The notes below the pieces were generated by a model. It was not told the origin of the DNA. It did not search any database and saw nothing but the letters and a program-made list of their open reading frames with translations. Shown here one piece after another: positions 51,600-64,000 of a DNA stretch of 64,000 nt. Each line of letters opens with the position of its first letter. Position 1 is the first letter of the stretch. The DNA is from Octopus bimaculoides (taxonomy: Eukaryota): contig NC_068983.1 in NCBI RefSeq assembly GCF_001194135.2, forward strand, positions 74,684,805 to 74,748,804, given 5' to 3'. A program made the translations under genes and the position numbers.

Positions 51600-52530
51600 A
51601 TTCTATATTTATTACTGGTGAAGGCCGGTTTAAAGAGTTACCCTGAGTTTCTCGCCATAAAGGATACCTTTATGGTGTATCTTCAGACCCCAAGAGCTGT
51701 TGCCCTTTGACCTCTTTAAAGTGTGGAGGGAAAAACGATATGGATGTGAACAAGGGGATTATTTCCCTTTGCTGCTGGCTATCAGCATCCGGCCGAGTCG
51801 CCATCTTTCAGCTATGAGGGTAAACAATAGAGTGTTATCTATCTCTCTCCCATCACCAATTAACTTCTGGCTGTGGTGTTATTTTCACTATTACCGCTAT
51901 TATGCGGGTCCCAAAACACCAGCAGAAATCTACTAAAATGCAAGCACGGTCCGAAAATCTCCATTCTGGAATTTAGTATGGTCCTTGGTATGTGCGACTT
52001 TTTTCACGATTTCCATGCGTTCAGTTATGCATAGCTTGCAGCTTTTCGTTCCATTGATGCAGGGAGCCAGGCGCTCGAGGATTTTCCATGAGATCGAGTG
52101 TGGAATTCCATCTTCCTGTAGTTGCCATGCATGGCTGGCAAGCGATGTAACGTATCTTCTTTCCGGGACCCTGAAGGAGGATCTATGGTTGGAAACACGT
52201 TACATCACCATAGATCCTCATCGGTTACCTGTTTAAAGGTTTGATAGAAGTGTGCATAATAAATTGGCCAAACTGAACGGTATGTTGTTTCGTGTGTGCT
52301 TAGGGTGATATTATGTAAAGAGGAGGCATCGTTATGAGTCGGTGGGTTTAAAGTACATAGCAGTTTCCAATAGCGAATTTATTTTTCTTAATAGAATGTC
52401 TAAGGAGGGGAATTTATCGTTGCTGAATTCCATGGTGAATTGAATGTGTGGATTTATGTTTTTATAAGCTTTTGAAATTTTTTTTAACAGCTCCAGAACT
52501 GTGTCTCTAACAAGCGAAAACACCAAATAT
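51600..52530 (-). mobile_element. Penelope-like element, internally deleted (RT thumb joined to endonuclease C-terminus and terminal repeat)
   Basis: NINPHIQFTME..KFPSLDIL..TAMYFKPTDS, YHPKHTRNNIPFSLA, TSLASHAWQL..WKILE..CKLCITERMEI..LNSRMEIFGPCLHF. Confidence 0.85.
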
Positions 52531-55500
52531 TGAATATTTTGTATTAAGGAATTAAGGAATACGCAATAACCGCAAAGTCAACCAACGATATATGATATTC
52601 GCACAAGGCATAGTCCGACCGGTATGTTTAAACTTATATTCTTTAATACACAGTTCACGCCTTTGCATCGACAAACAGTAAGAAATACATGTATAGACTC
52701 ATTAAAACATACATACATGTGTATGCCACAGATTGGTGTGGCTATGTATTTTTCTATTTAATACTGGTTGTTGTATCATACATTTAATATGAATCGCTGA
52801 ATTTACATTTTACAGTTAACATTTCCGAAAACAAATATGTAACAAATATTTTCGAAATCGATTTTTAAATATTGGTTGAATGGACAAGTAGACTAAAATG
52901 AAGTCATTGTCTTTATTTATAAAAATGGATAATTAAGAAATGTATCCAGATTATAAGCAAATATATTAATACGTTTTATAAAATTCAGATATTCTCATTG
53001 ATATATATATACATATATATATATTATTTCCCTTCATTTTGGCTTAATTAGTGTCAAATTTCAGATGTGGTTATGTAGTACAATCATTCCATGTATTCTT
53101 TCGTGTGTATTCATTTTGTTTTTCCCACATTTAATTCTCACATCATTTCATTATTCATTGATTTTAACTCCATTCTATTGTAACTGACTGTCTATACAAT
53201 GTTAATGCAAATATTTACTAGTAGAAGATATACGTTTATAACTTTCTTTCACTGTAAGTAAACATTGCCAGCCATTGGAAAATAGTATTTATTTATTGTT
53301 TTACCTCTATATTAAGTAACAACAGTATTTATTCAATACCTAAATAAGATATTTCTAATGTAATTGATACGACATTTTGTAATTCTTTCCCTTATGCGTT
53401 TCTGTGTGTTTAAGTAGAATCCTTTTTTATTACAGTTGTCCTATTTCGTTATTTGTCCCATATGTTTTGTTGGAACAAAAATGTTCCTAAATACGTTAAT
53501 TCAATAGTGCTCAAGAACTTTTCGGTCTCATCATTAGATTGAAGTGATGTAAATGTTAACTGATTGTTTACCTGAGCTGCCGTTTGTTCTAAAGAATCAT
53601 AGGAAAACTATTATAATTGATAAAGTCATCACCGTCGAATATAAAAATTACACCAAGCTTAAGTTTATGATATATTGTTATAGATTTATTTACCTATTTT
53701 GGGTTTTGTTTTGCTATTAGTAATACTCGTTACTTATTTTGCTTTGTGAAGTTGTAGTACTGACAATTAATGTACTGACAATTAAAGTGAGCAAATGCCT
53801 TTTTTTTAATGCATGTTTAACCGACAAGAGATTGTTATACGCGTGAGAATATATTACAAAATCATCAGAATGTAAGACCTAATGTTAATCCCAAATTAAA
53901 ACAGAATGTACCACGAAATAACAAACTAGTATAAACTGTAGAATATATTTCAAACAGGTAATGTAATAGATAAAATTCAAGGGAAACATGTATGCTGTAA
54001 ACTTTATGACTCATATTCCTACATCGAACTTACAAGTGTAACACCTCGTCTGCTGACCACATATTTGCAGCAAAGATTCTTTCCAGATCATTATAATACA
54101 ACCAAAAAGATGAAAAAGTTCGTTAGAACATTGTTTCCTATCTCCAGGAGTGCGATCCAAAGTTGCGTTACCAAGATTTTTCAATGATTCACAAAGTAAT
54201 TTTTGAAAGTATTATTTTTGTTCGAAAGTGTAAAATATTTTCCAAATTTGTTACTGTTAAACATGCTATACATGGCTACTTACATTCTGGGTTACAAAGA
54301 TATTTGATACATACTAGAAATTTATTTACTCTTTGAATTTTCACAGACCAATGAACAGGAAACTGTAGTTAAAAGAATTACCAAACTGCGAATGAGTAGA
54401 CTCACACTTAAATTTTTTTTTCCCTGTAACATATATTATCGTAGGTTATTTCTTGCATGCAAAAGAACCTGCGTTCTTTAAATTTAAATATTTAAGGAAA
54501 AATTTATTTACAATATGACAGAAAATAGCTTTTATTATGAAAGAAATGAAAGCCAGCCTTATATATATTTATTCCGTCTCCGGAATATACAGACATTCAT
54601 ACATATACATATTCATGTATGTGAGTGCGCGCGCGTGTCTGTGTGTGTCTGTGTGTGTCTGTGTGTGCTTCTGGGTGATTTTTTGGGCAATATTTTGACA
54701 AGAAATTGGCTTATACAAAGTTAATTTAACAACCCTGCTGTTGCATCCTTCCTAATCTCAAAGTATAAATTGAATTCTGGAAGAATCAGACTACTTAGGC
54801 CTATTTCAGAATCTTTTACAAATATATCACTATTTTATATTTTCTTTATGCCATTTGGTTATTCTATAATTATATATAACTGTCAGTTGATATAATCCCT
54901 AATGTCAGAGTAGGAATACAAACCCCAAATTTTAGAATTGGGATTTACATTTATCACCACAGAATAGTCAAATCGCAATTACTAATATCGTTTGAAGTGT
55001 CAAGCAAAGAATCACTGAAGTACGTGAAACCATCACGCACGAAAAGGAAAAATATTTTAGTAATAGAAAAAGTTTGCATTTGAAAACAAAACACTGTTTA
55101 AGGACTGGATGGTACAATCAATAGTACTATACTAACAGGAAAATTCTGATAGATAAGTTTATTGATCTTCGTGTTAATTGTTTTGTTATATTAACCATTT
55201 CAACTATATTTCTGATTTAAGTTTATGGCTAAAGTAGTTTACATATTAACAGTTACATTATGTTGAAGACGTTAATATCGATTTCGTTCCATCACTAAAA
55301 TTGCTTAATGCATAACGTTTTAACACGCATATGTGGGTACTAGGAAAAAGCAGGATAATTTTTACAGAATTTTTTATGCAAAGGAAAAAAAGTATTTTTT
55401 AGCAAAATCAAAGAAATCTATATATACATTTTATTTGGTTGGGTGGAGTAATCGTCTTAAAATAATAATCTATTGTAGATAATTATTCGTAGATGTTAAG

Positions 55501-56429
55501 AACCATTGCTTTCTAAAATCTGAGCTTCTTGGTTTACTTTTTAGTGTCTTCTCTTATATATATGTGTGTCTGTATGTATGTATGTATGTATGTATGACAT
55601 ATAGAGATAGTCAATTATAGTGCAACTGTGCTGAGCAAAACGCTAAGTGATTTAATAAACATGTTAAGCTCTTGCTGGCTTTTTGGAGAATTCCAAATCA
55701 ATTAGGAAAGCGGCTGGCATCTTGATAGCTTTCTCTATTAATTTGAAATAATTTAATTTTAATTTAATGTTAGAACTTGTTTCCCACAGCTATTAATTTC
55801 CTATGCGGTGCTTTTTAATAGTACTCAACAAATATTTAGTAGTGTATTTACAGTAGAAATGAAATTAATTATCACTATTTTGTGTGTGTTTACAGAAGCG
55901 AGAAGAGTTTCTTAATTACGGCAATAGTTCATAAGTTTACGTGTTTTAAAGCTGATATTCATCATTATTTTGTTTTACCTATTTTTGCTAACTTCATCAA
56001 TTCAAGATGGAACTCACGAAATTTTATAACCGTAAATGAAATTTTAATACATTAATTAAAAAATAACCATTGATATACTACTAATTAGAAACATTTATCA
56101 GCTGTGGGCTCACTTTGTAAATGCCGTAATGGAAGTATGGAGATAACAGAAACAGTGTTTATAATTTAACGAAAATTATATCCTTTGTTGTATTTCAGTG
56201 GGGGCCATTATGCCATTATTAAGCACATGCTTTGTTTCTATCTCACTTCCTTTATTATTATTATTATTATTATTATTATTTTATTAGTCAACTATATATC
56301 CATTTAGCAAATTACTCACCGATTGTTTTAATTAATCATTTGGTCAATCACTTTTAGTCAAAACTAGAATGGACTTTGGCGAGCTTTTGCAGCGTTATCA
56401 TTTAATCGTAATTCTTGGCCGGCTTCTTG

Positions 56430-56625
56430 GATTCTGTGTTATATACTGGTTCAACCTGGGCGGGTCGCCAGTCCATTGCAGGAGCACCCATTCTTGTCAA
56501 CTGAATGGACTGGAGAAACGTCAAATGAAGTGCTTTTCTCGAGAACACAACACATCGCCTGGTCAAGGAATCAAAACAACAATATTACGATCTTGAGAAC
56601 AACACCCGAATCGCTAAGTCACACA
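56430..56625 (-). mobile_element. tRNA-type SINE family C (V-domain-like)
   Basis: Reverse complement: ttgtgttctcgagaaaagcacttc..ctccagtccattcagttg..gcaatggactggcgacccgcccagg. Confidence 0.6.
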
Positions 56626-56704
56626 TCTTCGCACTTCCTTTTTAATGTGAGATATTTAGTTTCTATTTCTAGCAAGTCCAATACTCTGTCTACACATTAT
56701 CACT

Positions 56705-56915
56705 AGATCTACAAGAAATGGTGCCCAAATCTATCTCAAATCATGCACTGCCATTTTAAAGGAAAAGAAGCACATATTAGTTAATATACTCTTAGGTATA
56801 ATGTCTAAAATATAAGGGCAGTCAGAAATAGAATGCCTTAGATTATAGATTTGCAAAACCAGGTTTACCCCAGAGTCTAAACATCATGAGGAACAACAAT
56901 AGCAACAACAATGAA
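56705..56915 (+). mobile_element. (CAA)n-tailed repeat family; further remnants near 21350-21475, 45600-45860, 58170-58320 and 59100-59160
   Basis: Shared gaaat..gcccaaatctatctcaaatca..tttaa..gaa motif and a ctaaacaacaa-type end. Confidence 0.5.
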
Positions 56916-57438
56916 AAAATCCAAGGTAGTGTTGGCAACAAAATACGAGTTGCTGGTTCTGTGACGGATCTTTCTTCTAATAACACAAAGGAATTATTAG
57001 ATAGCAATTGTTATCACTTTGTCTTCCACCTTTTCATTACATTTAAATATTAATTTTTATCTTCTCTATTTTTCAAATGCAATTCCCCTTCTTTTCTACT
57101 ATCTTTACAACATTGCCTCGACATTTTCCATTCTCCCGATTGTTTTCATATTCTGCCTACAAATGCGAAGAATCCAAATCAATGTCTATTGAAGCGAGAG
57201 AAAAAAAATAACACAAATACTGAATACTTTTCAACAAAGCTCAAAACAGCGAAAAAGAGGAACGATTATATAAAGCTTAAGGCTGAATGCAACATACTTG
57301 ATTACAGGTTTGTTCGTTCAGGAATGACTGAATACTATCAAAAATAAAACACAAATTCTACACCATTTGTTTATGAGTACACCGAATTGAATCGATCTGG
57401 TTTGGTAAAAAACAGGAATGTGCAACAGTAGGACTAAA

Positions 57439-57478
<40 letters not shown>

Positions 57479-57488
57479 NNNNNNNNNN

Positions 57489-57520
<32 letters not shown>

Positions 57521-58469
57521 TATATATACGCATCATATGCATAACATGCGTATGTGAATGTGTTCGTTTTAAGTGAGTGCTATTTCAAATTTAGTTTCAA
57601 ATTAATTACGGAATCTTTACTCAAAGACAAATGGACTCAGTACTGAGAATAGAGCCAAATTTATCGTGAAATTTGTGAAATTCTTTATGCTTTGCTTAAC
57701 CCTCTATGCACTTGGCTAACATGGGTGTGTGACAAAATTCGAAGTCACAGGTAACACGAAAATCACTAAATAAGGTTACTATATATATATATACATATAT
57801 ATATACCTCTTCTCTACCTAGATACATATGTGCATAAATATTAGTATCTATGTATCCATATGTATATTTAAAAAATCTCGTGTATGTGCGCGCGAAAGAG
57901 AGTATATGTGTGTAACAATATATTCGTTTTTATTCAGATAGTCGGATGACATAAGAGGGCAGAATGAAACTCGTTTAGGGTTGATGGTTGAAGGAAATAG
58001 TAAACGGGGAAGGAGTTCTAGAAAAAGAAATTTTGGTTTGGCAAGATTAGGTATAATATATGATATTTCGTATATTGTATCAAATGAGACTCAGTGAGGA
58101 TGATAAATCATTTATATTTCGTATGTGTATTTTTGTATATGTGTTTTTTGTATATTTAATATGATATATTGTGGCGGTTGTTGTTTAACTCCATATCAAT
58201 ACTGACACCGACCCGTTCTTTACGTATCTAAGATTACGTTAAGTAATATATATCCTTCCCTTTTTTGAAAATGGTGATTGTGACTCGAGGAATATGATTA
58301 TTTCAGGTGTTTCAGGTATGAGTATGCATTCGGTATAAACAATACAAAACTATTTATCCTCATATTTATCCATTATCATCCTCATATTTATACAAAAGTA
58401 TTCTCTTCATATTTATACACATATTTAGGGTAAATTGTATCATTAACTTAACCATATTGTTCATCGGAG

Positions 58470-58858
58470 TGGAGGTGCAATGGCCTACTGGTTAGCGCAG
58501 CGGACTCGCGGTCATAGGATCGCGGTTTCGATTCCCAGATCGGGCGTTGTGAGTGTTTATTAAGCGAAAACACCTAAAGCTCCACGAGGCTCCGGCAGGG
58601 GATGGTGGCGAACCCTGCTGTACTCTTTCACCACAACTTTCTTTCACTCTTACTTCCTGTTTCTCTTGTGCCTGGAATTCAAAAGGTCAGCCTTGTCACA
58701 CTGTGTCACGCTGAATATCCCCGAGAACTACGTTAAGGGTATATGTGTCTGTGGATTGCTCAGCCACTTGCACGTTAATTTCACGAGCAGGCTGTTCCGT
58801 TGATCAGATCAACTGGAACCCTCGACGTCGTGAGCGACGGAGTGCCAACAAATAAACA
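58470..58858 (+). mobile_element. tRNA-derived SINE family D, full length, 14-bp TSD
   Basis: A box tggcctactgg, B box ggtttcgattccc; (CAA) tail; attgttcatcggag at 58456-58469 and 58859-58872. Confidence 0.92.
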
Positions 58859-59812
58859 ATTGTTCATCGGAGCTCACTTTGTAAGAGCTGACTATTGAGA
58901 TTTATATGTTGATTTAACATTTCCAAATTTTCAAACGTTTAAAAACACAATCTGCAAACCAGCGGAAAAACTTCATTCTGATGGATATTTGAGCCAAATA
59001 TATTTCAGATCATATCTTACTTACTTAAACATATGAAGGCTACATCAGAAAATGTTAGCTTTAGATATACAAAAACTCGTAACAGTCGTAGATAGAATTC
59101 CTTTGATTTTAGGTTAGCTCGATCAGTGCTGAATCTGAGGCTAAACAACAAAAATAACGTTTGAAGGCTAACCACCAGAAGTACCGCTTTCAAAGTTTTC
59201 CATTTATATGTATTCTATTAATTATAAATGAAATACGTAGCCCCCAGTTAAATCAGTAGGTAGATTGTCCTCTTTAAATTTATTACTGTTTCATTTTATA
59301 GCTTTGAATTCAACAAGATATCATTTGCCTTAGGTATTTTCTTTACTCTTCTTAATAACAAAATGATAAGTCAAATTTGTGTCAAATATTTCTGGAATTC
59401 CTGCTGAGCTGAAAAATTTCTTGATGTGTAAAACGGAAGATGAGCAGGGGGGAATTTTATTGTTGCTTTGTTGAATCTTTAAATGAAATCTTTAAGAAAT
59501 AAACTCTGAGAAGAATACAGAGAGGTCAAAAGGAGAATATAACCATCATAAATAGAACAGCAAATTTTATTTGAAGCTTCTTAAAGTAATGATCGTAGAC
59601 GAATCAGCAACGGAATTTAGTCAGACACTAGGAACTGGAAGTCCTTATTCTGGAAGAAATAACGAACTTCTGTTAGCATGTTTGTTCAGTATTTAAAATC
59701 TACTCATCCGAGTATTTCTAACATTTTTGTTTTTATCAGAAACAATTTGGTATCTATACATGACGATTTTCATCTTATTATTTCATCTATTTCCTACATA
59801 TTGCCACTATAT

Positions 59813-60206
59813 TGTTGTTGTTGTTGTTGGCACTCCGTCGCTTACGACGTCGAGGGTTCCAGTTGATCCGATCAACAGAACAGCCTACTCATGAAATTAA
59901 CGTGCAAGTGGCTGAGCACTCCACAGACACGTGTACCCTTAATGTAGTTCTCGGGATATTCAGCGTGACACAGTGTGACAAGGCCGGCCCTTTGAATTAC
60001 AGGCACAACAGAAACAGGAAGAAAGAGTGAGAGAAAGTTGTGGTGAAAGAGTACAGCAGGGTTCGCCACCATCCCGTGCCGGAGCCTCGTGGAGCTTCTA
60101 GGTGTTTCCGCTCAATAAACACTCACCACGCCCGGTCTGGGCATCGAAACCGTGATCCTATGACCGCGAGTCCGCTGCCCTAACCACTGGGCCATTGCGC
60201 CTCCAC
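59813..60206 (-). mobile_element. tRNA-derived SINE family D, full length, 11-bp TSD
   Basis: About 92% identical to 58470-58858 by eye; tgccactatat at 59802-59812 and 60207-60217. Confidence 0.92.
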
Positions 60207-60633
60207 TGCCACTATATATTTGTCGCATAAAGGAATTTTCAAAAATATACAGTCCAACGATTGGTGTCACCATTTATGTGAATAAATAATTGGCAGTGAA
60301 ATATTTTGTAAAGTTTTCTGTAATCTATAGAGAAAACATACATGCGTATAACCAGAACAATTGTCTATAGAAAAATATGCTTCCTCGTATTGGAAAAAGT
60401 ATGCTAAAGAATTATTATCGTGTTTGATTGCAGATACCATTCCGCATTCATAATTTGTTATTTCGAAAAATTACATCAAAAATTCAGTGACTGTTTTCAA
60501 CCGTTGGAGCAGTCTTCGTTTTGCTGATGGAAGGAACGTATAAACTACTAGATCTGCGTAGTGATGGAGTGAAATAGAAGCTTCGAACTTGCGCGCGCGC
60601 GCATACACACACACACATACATACATATATATA

Positions 60634-60687
<54 letters not shown>

Positions 60688-60806
60688 AATGGAGCAAGTT
60701 AGATAAATCGATATATACAGATACATATACATGTACACACACGCACACAGCACACACATATGCATATACACATACAAGCATACAAGCATACATACATACA
60801 CACATA

Positions 60807-60840
<34 letters not shown>

Positions 60841-61554
60841 TATATATATGTATATATATATATATATGAGCAGTAGTAATAAGAAAATAAGTGCCATTCA
60901 TAATAAATTCACCATTGAGTATAGGTTTTCAGTTTAAGTAGTAATCACTTAACATGTTGTATATAACGTAATATGTCCATCTGACTGAAAATCCAGTGAT
61001 TCAGAAAATAATATTTTCCGCAAGGAAAAAGCATGAAGTCAAAAGTTTGTGGAATTGAATATAGATAAATTTTTCCACATGACTGCCATATTACCATATG
61101 ATCACAGCAGTTTCATAAACTTCATTATATAGTATTATTAATTTCTGTATGCAAAATTATACGTACATATCTATATCAATATGTCAGCTCACCATTGCAC
61201 AAATGATTGCAAATAAAGTAAACTAACCTATCAGATCATCGTTAGATACAACTATGATGATTAGATGATCCTTATTAGTTTACTTACTTTATTTGCATCT
61301 ATTTGTGAACAATTGATTGTATTGTGTACTGCTGAGCACAAATCTTAATGTGAACATATGCATATAACTTTTCACACCGAAATTAATAACGCTACATGAT
61401 GAAGGATGCGAAACGGCTGTAATGGCGTAGAAATCATGTGGAAAAAATCTAAATTAATCTCTCAGATTTGATTTTAAGCTTCACTAATATGTGTTTGTGT
61501 GTATGTATGTGTGTGTGTGTACATGTGTATGTATATGAGTGTTTNNNNNNNNNN

Positions 61555-61586
<32 letters not shown>

Positions 61587-61901
61587 TCGCATGTGTGCGC
61601 GCACGTATGTTTCTTATACATTCGAAAACTAAGTTCAGGAATTTTTCGGCTACCTAATAAATTTTCTTTTCTTTTACATATTTACTATTTTATCTCAACA
61701 ACCAGCTTTAATTATTTGAATGACACTGCTCTACAAGGACCAGGTTTTGTTAGAAAGTGAAAAATAGTCTCATACTTTCAATTTGAACCAAAATTATAAA
61801 GTGTTGCATTACGAGAGTGACGATGAATGAATAATGAAAGTAATGTTTCTCCGAATCACATCTGTACTATAATAAAGAAAGCTGCTTATCATCTGTATAT
61901 A

Positions 61902-62598
61902 TTGGGTCATCCCATAAGGAATGTTTTTTGTTTTTCAATTGCATGAATGAATTAAAAGTTGGAGGGAGACAGGATAAACTACCTGCATCAGCTTGCTATA
62001 AAAGCAGGTAGTAATTTTACCTTGTCTTTATTCATAGTGCATGTTTTGAAGAGTGCAGTTCGATTTTAACAGTTATTTATTTTTTCAAAGCTATAATAGA
62101 AGTGACAAAGGAGTATATTCGGCATATCTTGCTTTATGGCCAGTCCTCCAAGTCAGCGCTAGAAGAGATGGTCGTAGTTTATACGACCATCTCTGGTTTC
62201 AAGACGATCGGTATTCTTCCATCAGGATAATGCTCGGCCACATACAGCCAGGATGACATTCAAAAGGCTGGAGCAGTTTCAATGGGAAACGATGCCCTAC
62301 CCATCATATTCGCCGGACATTTCCCCACCTGATTATCATTTGTTTCGCAGTCTTCAAAATCATTTGTGCGGAAACAATATGAATTCTGTAGACGAAATCG
62401 GGACAGTACTGGAGGAGTATTTTACGTCACGAAGAAATGCATTTTGGAAGAGGGGCCTTGCATGTCTACCAGACAGATGGAAGAGTATCATAGAAAATGA
62501 TGGAGAGTATATTTTACATTAAAAAATAATTTTGTTTATCTTAATTTTGAAACATATAAGAAGCATAAATAAACCGCATTATTTATGGGATGACCCAA
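61902..62598 (+). mobile_element. Internally deleted mariner with intact TIRs and TA TSD
   Basis: ta|ttgggtcatcccataa ... ttatgggatgacccaa|ta; HQDNARPH and YSPDISPPDYHLFRSLQNHL...LPDRWKSIIENDGEY. Confidence 0.92.
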
Positions 62599-62600
62599 TA

Positions 62601-62948
62601 TAAAGGCTATCAAATAAACTATGTTTCTGGCACAACAACTCTTTTTTACAACTAAAATAACATCGGAAACGAGATCGGGTCGCACAATTTTTAGGCCATT
62701 TTCGGGAAATATCTCGATTTGCTTCTAATGTTTCATTTTTGCCCGATGTTTCCCGCACTTTCATGAAAACCCATGAAAATTGTACCCTCCCCCACTACAC
62801 TTTTAAGCAAACAATAACTTCCATTACGCCACTTATCCAGTCAGTTCACTACATATCAGCTGTGCCGATTCTGCCCATAGAAAAGGAACAAATAATACAA
62901 TGTAGCTGTAGGTCATAGCACCCAGGCAACACCGAGATGCATTGCTAG
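62601..62948 (+). mobile_element. Non-autonomous Helitron-like 3' portion
   Basis: Ends in cccaggcaacaccgag (decayed cccgggcaacgccggg hairpin) followed by CTAG. Confidence 0.55.
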
Positions 62949-62973
62949 TCTTAATATATAAAAGTGAGTTTGT

Positions 62974-63045
<72 letters not shown>

Positions 63046-63330
63046 NNNNNNNNNNNNNNNNNNNNNNNNNNNNNNNNNNNNNNNNNNNNNNNNNNNNNNN
63101 NNNNNNNNNNNNNNNNNNNNNNNNNNNNNNNNNNNNNNNNNNNNNNNNNNNNNNNNNNNNNNNNNNNNNGCTGTATGCATGTTCTATAGGTGAAGGTGAA
63201 ACAAAAACGGTACAAAGAGAAGAGGAAAGCAGGAGAGAAGGAGACGCTGATAACCTCGGAAACGAGGTCGAGTCGTACCTATATCAGAGAGAGTTTGTGT
63301 GTGTGTATGTGTGTGTGCGTGTGTTTGTGT

Positions 63331-63362
<32 letters not shown>

Positions 63363-63570
63363 ACGCGTGTGTGTGTACGCGTGTGTGTGTACGCGTGTGT
63401 GTGTGCGTGCATGTGTGTGTAGGGGGAGGCGTGGGTGTTACTTATGGATTCGAAAACTGAGTTGCCAATTTTGACGTATATGGTATCAAAAGATTAAGAA
63501 ATTTTTCGGCTACCAATTAAACGTTATTTTCATTTTTTATATTTTCATTTTTGTCATTCACATTACCATG
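62949..63570 (+). mobile_element. Helitron-like 5' portion with internal (GT)n
   Basis: Starts TCttaatatataaaagtgag, then (GT)n, then the ttcgaaaact...aattttcggctac block also seen at 61620-61700. Confidence 0.5.
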
Positions 63571-63937
63571 GAGAGTTGCAGTTTAAACAACATCAACGAT
63601 TATCACAACTTATGTGCTGAAATATTATTCTGTTTTTTATAACCAACATGAAGATTTGGCTGATTTGAAAGCAATCACAACACTCTCAAATATAGCTGAA
63701 AAAAATGTCATTCTAGGTATTATAGCAAATTCGGAAACATGGCGAAGTAGAAAACTTTAGCGGCACTTTCAGTATAATTACAGAAATGCTATTCCAGTCT
63801 TTATAACCAGTTTGAAGATAATACTTGTTTAACAGTCCTGCCGCCCATATCGTATTCCTGCTATACTGGTTTATCAGCGTGAGTATTCAACTCTGCGTAA
63901 CCTTTTTACTACGTTAGTCAATGCTTATTCGACAGTC

Positions 63938-64000
63938 AGGCGGTGAGCTGGCAGAAACGTTAGCACGCTGGGCGAAATTCGTAGCGGTATTTCGTCTGCC
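63938..64000 (+). mobile_element. SINE family A, cut by the window end
   Basis: aggcggtgagctggcagaaacgttagcacgctgggcgaaatt. Confidence 0.85.

Noticed and set aside
52540-54400. Several possible small exons (donors at about 52622 + and 53571 -, acceptors at about 54085 and 54345 +)
   Set aside because: They cannot be assembled into a consistent reading frame and are expected by chance in AT-rich DNA
58470-58545. Possible tRNA gene (also about 60130-60205)
   Set aside because: A/B boxes continue into a ~310-bp body with a CAA tail and TSDs, so this is a SINE head and not a tRNA
1-64000. CRISPR array, rRNA, prokaryotic operon or defence system
   Set aside because: No regularly spaced repeat-spacer array, no rRNA-like tract, no gene-dense segment; the DNA is metazoan repeat-rich

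Overview
Eukaryotic, very AT-rich, repeat-dominated DNA from a fragmented short-read-type assembly. There are about 15 N-gaps, almost all bordered by (TA)n, (CA)n or (GA)n microsatellites. The SINE families match those I recall from octopod cephalopods, so the source is probably Octopus (recognition from memory, not a database search). I found no intact host protein-coding gene; the window reads as intergenic or intronic. It contains at least four tRNA-type SINE families. It also holds remnants of R4/Dong-like and other RLE non-LTR retrotransposons, CR1/L2-like, RTE-like and L1/Tx1-like LINEs, Penelope-like elements, Tc1/mariner, maT and Tigger/pogo transposons, several fold-back MITEs and a probable tandem Helitron. 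Most long ORFs in the track are microsatellite or N artefacts. The most notable observations are: decayed Penelope-type minimal hammerhead ribozyme motifs (2543-2581, 14101-14127); a nested inverted structure at 2.8-3.5 kb; a 151-bp 100%-identical inverted repeat (42691-42841 / 44469-44619); inverted SINE pairs able to form long dsRNA; and a Helitron CTAG|TC head-to-tail junction. I see no evidence of a wholly new multi-gene system.
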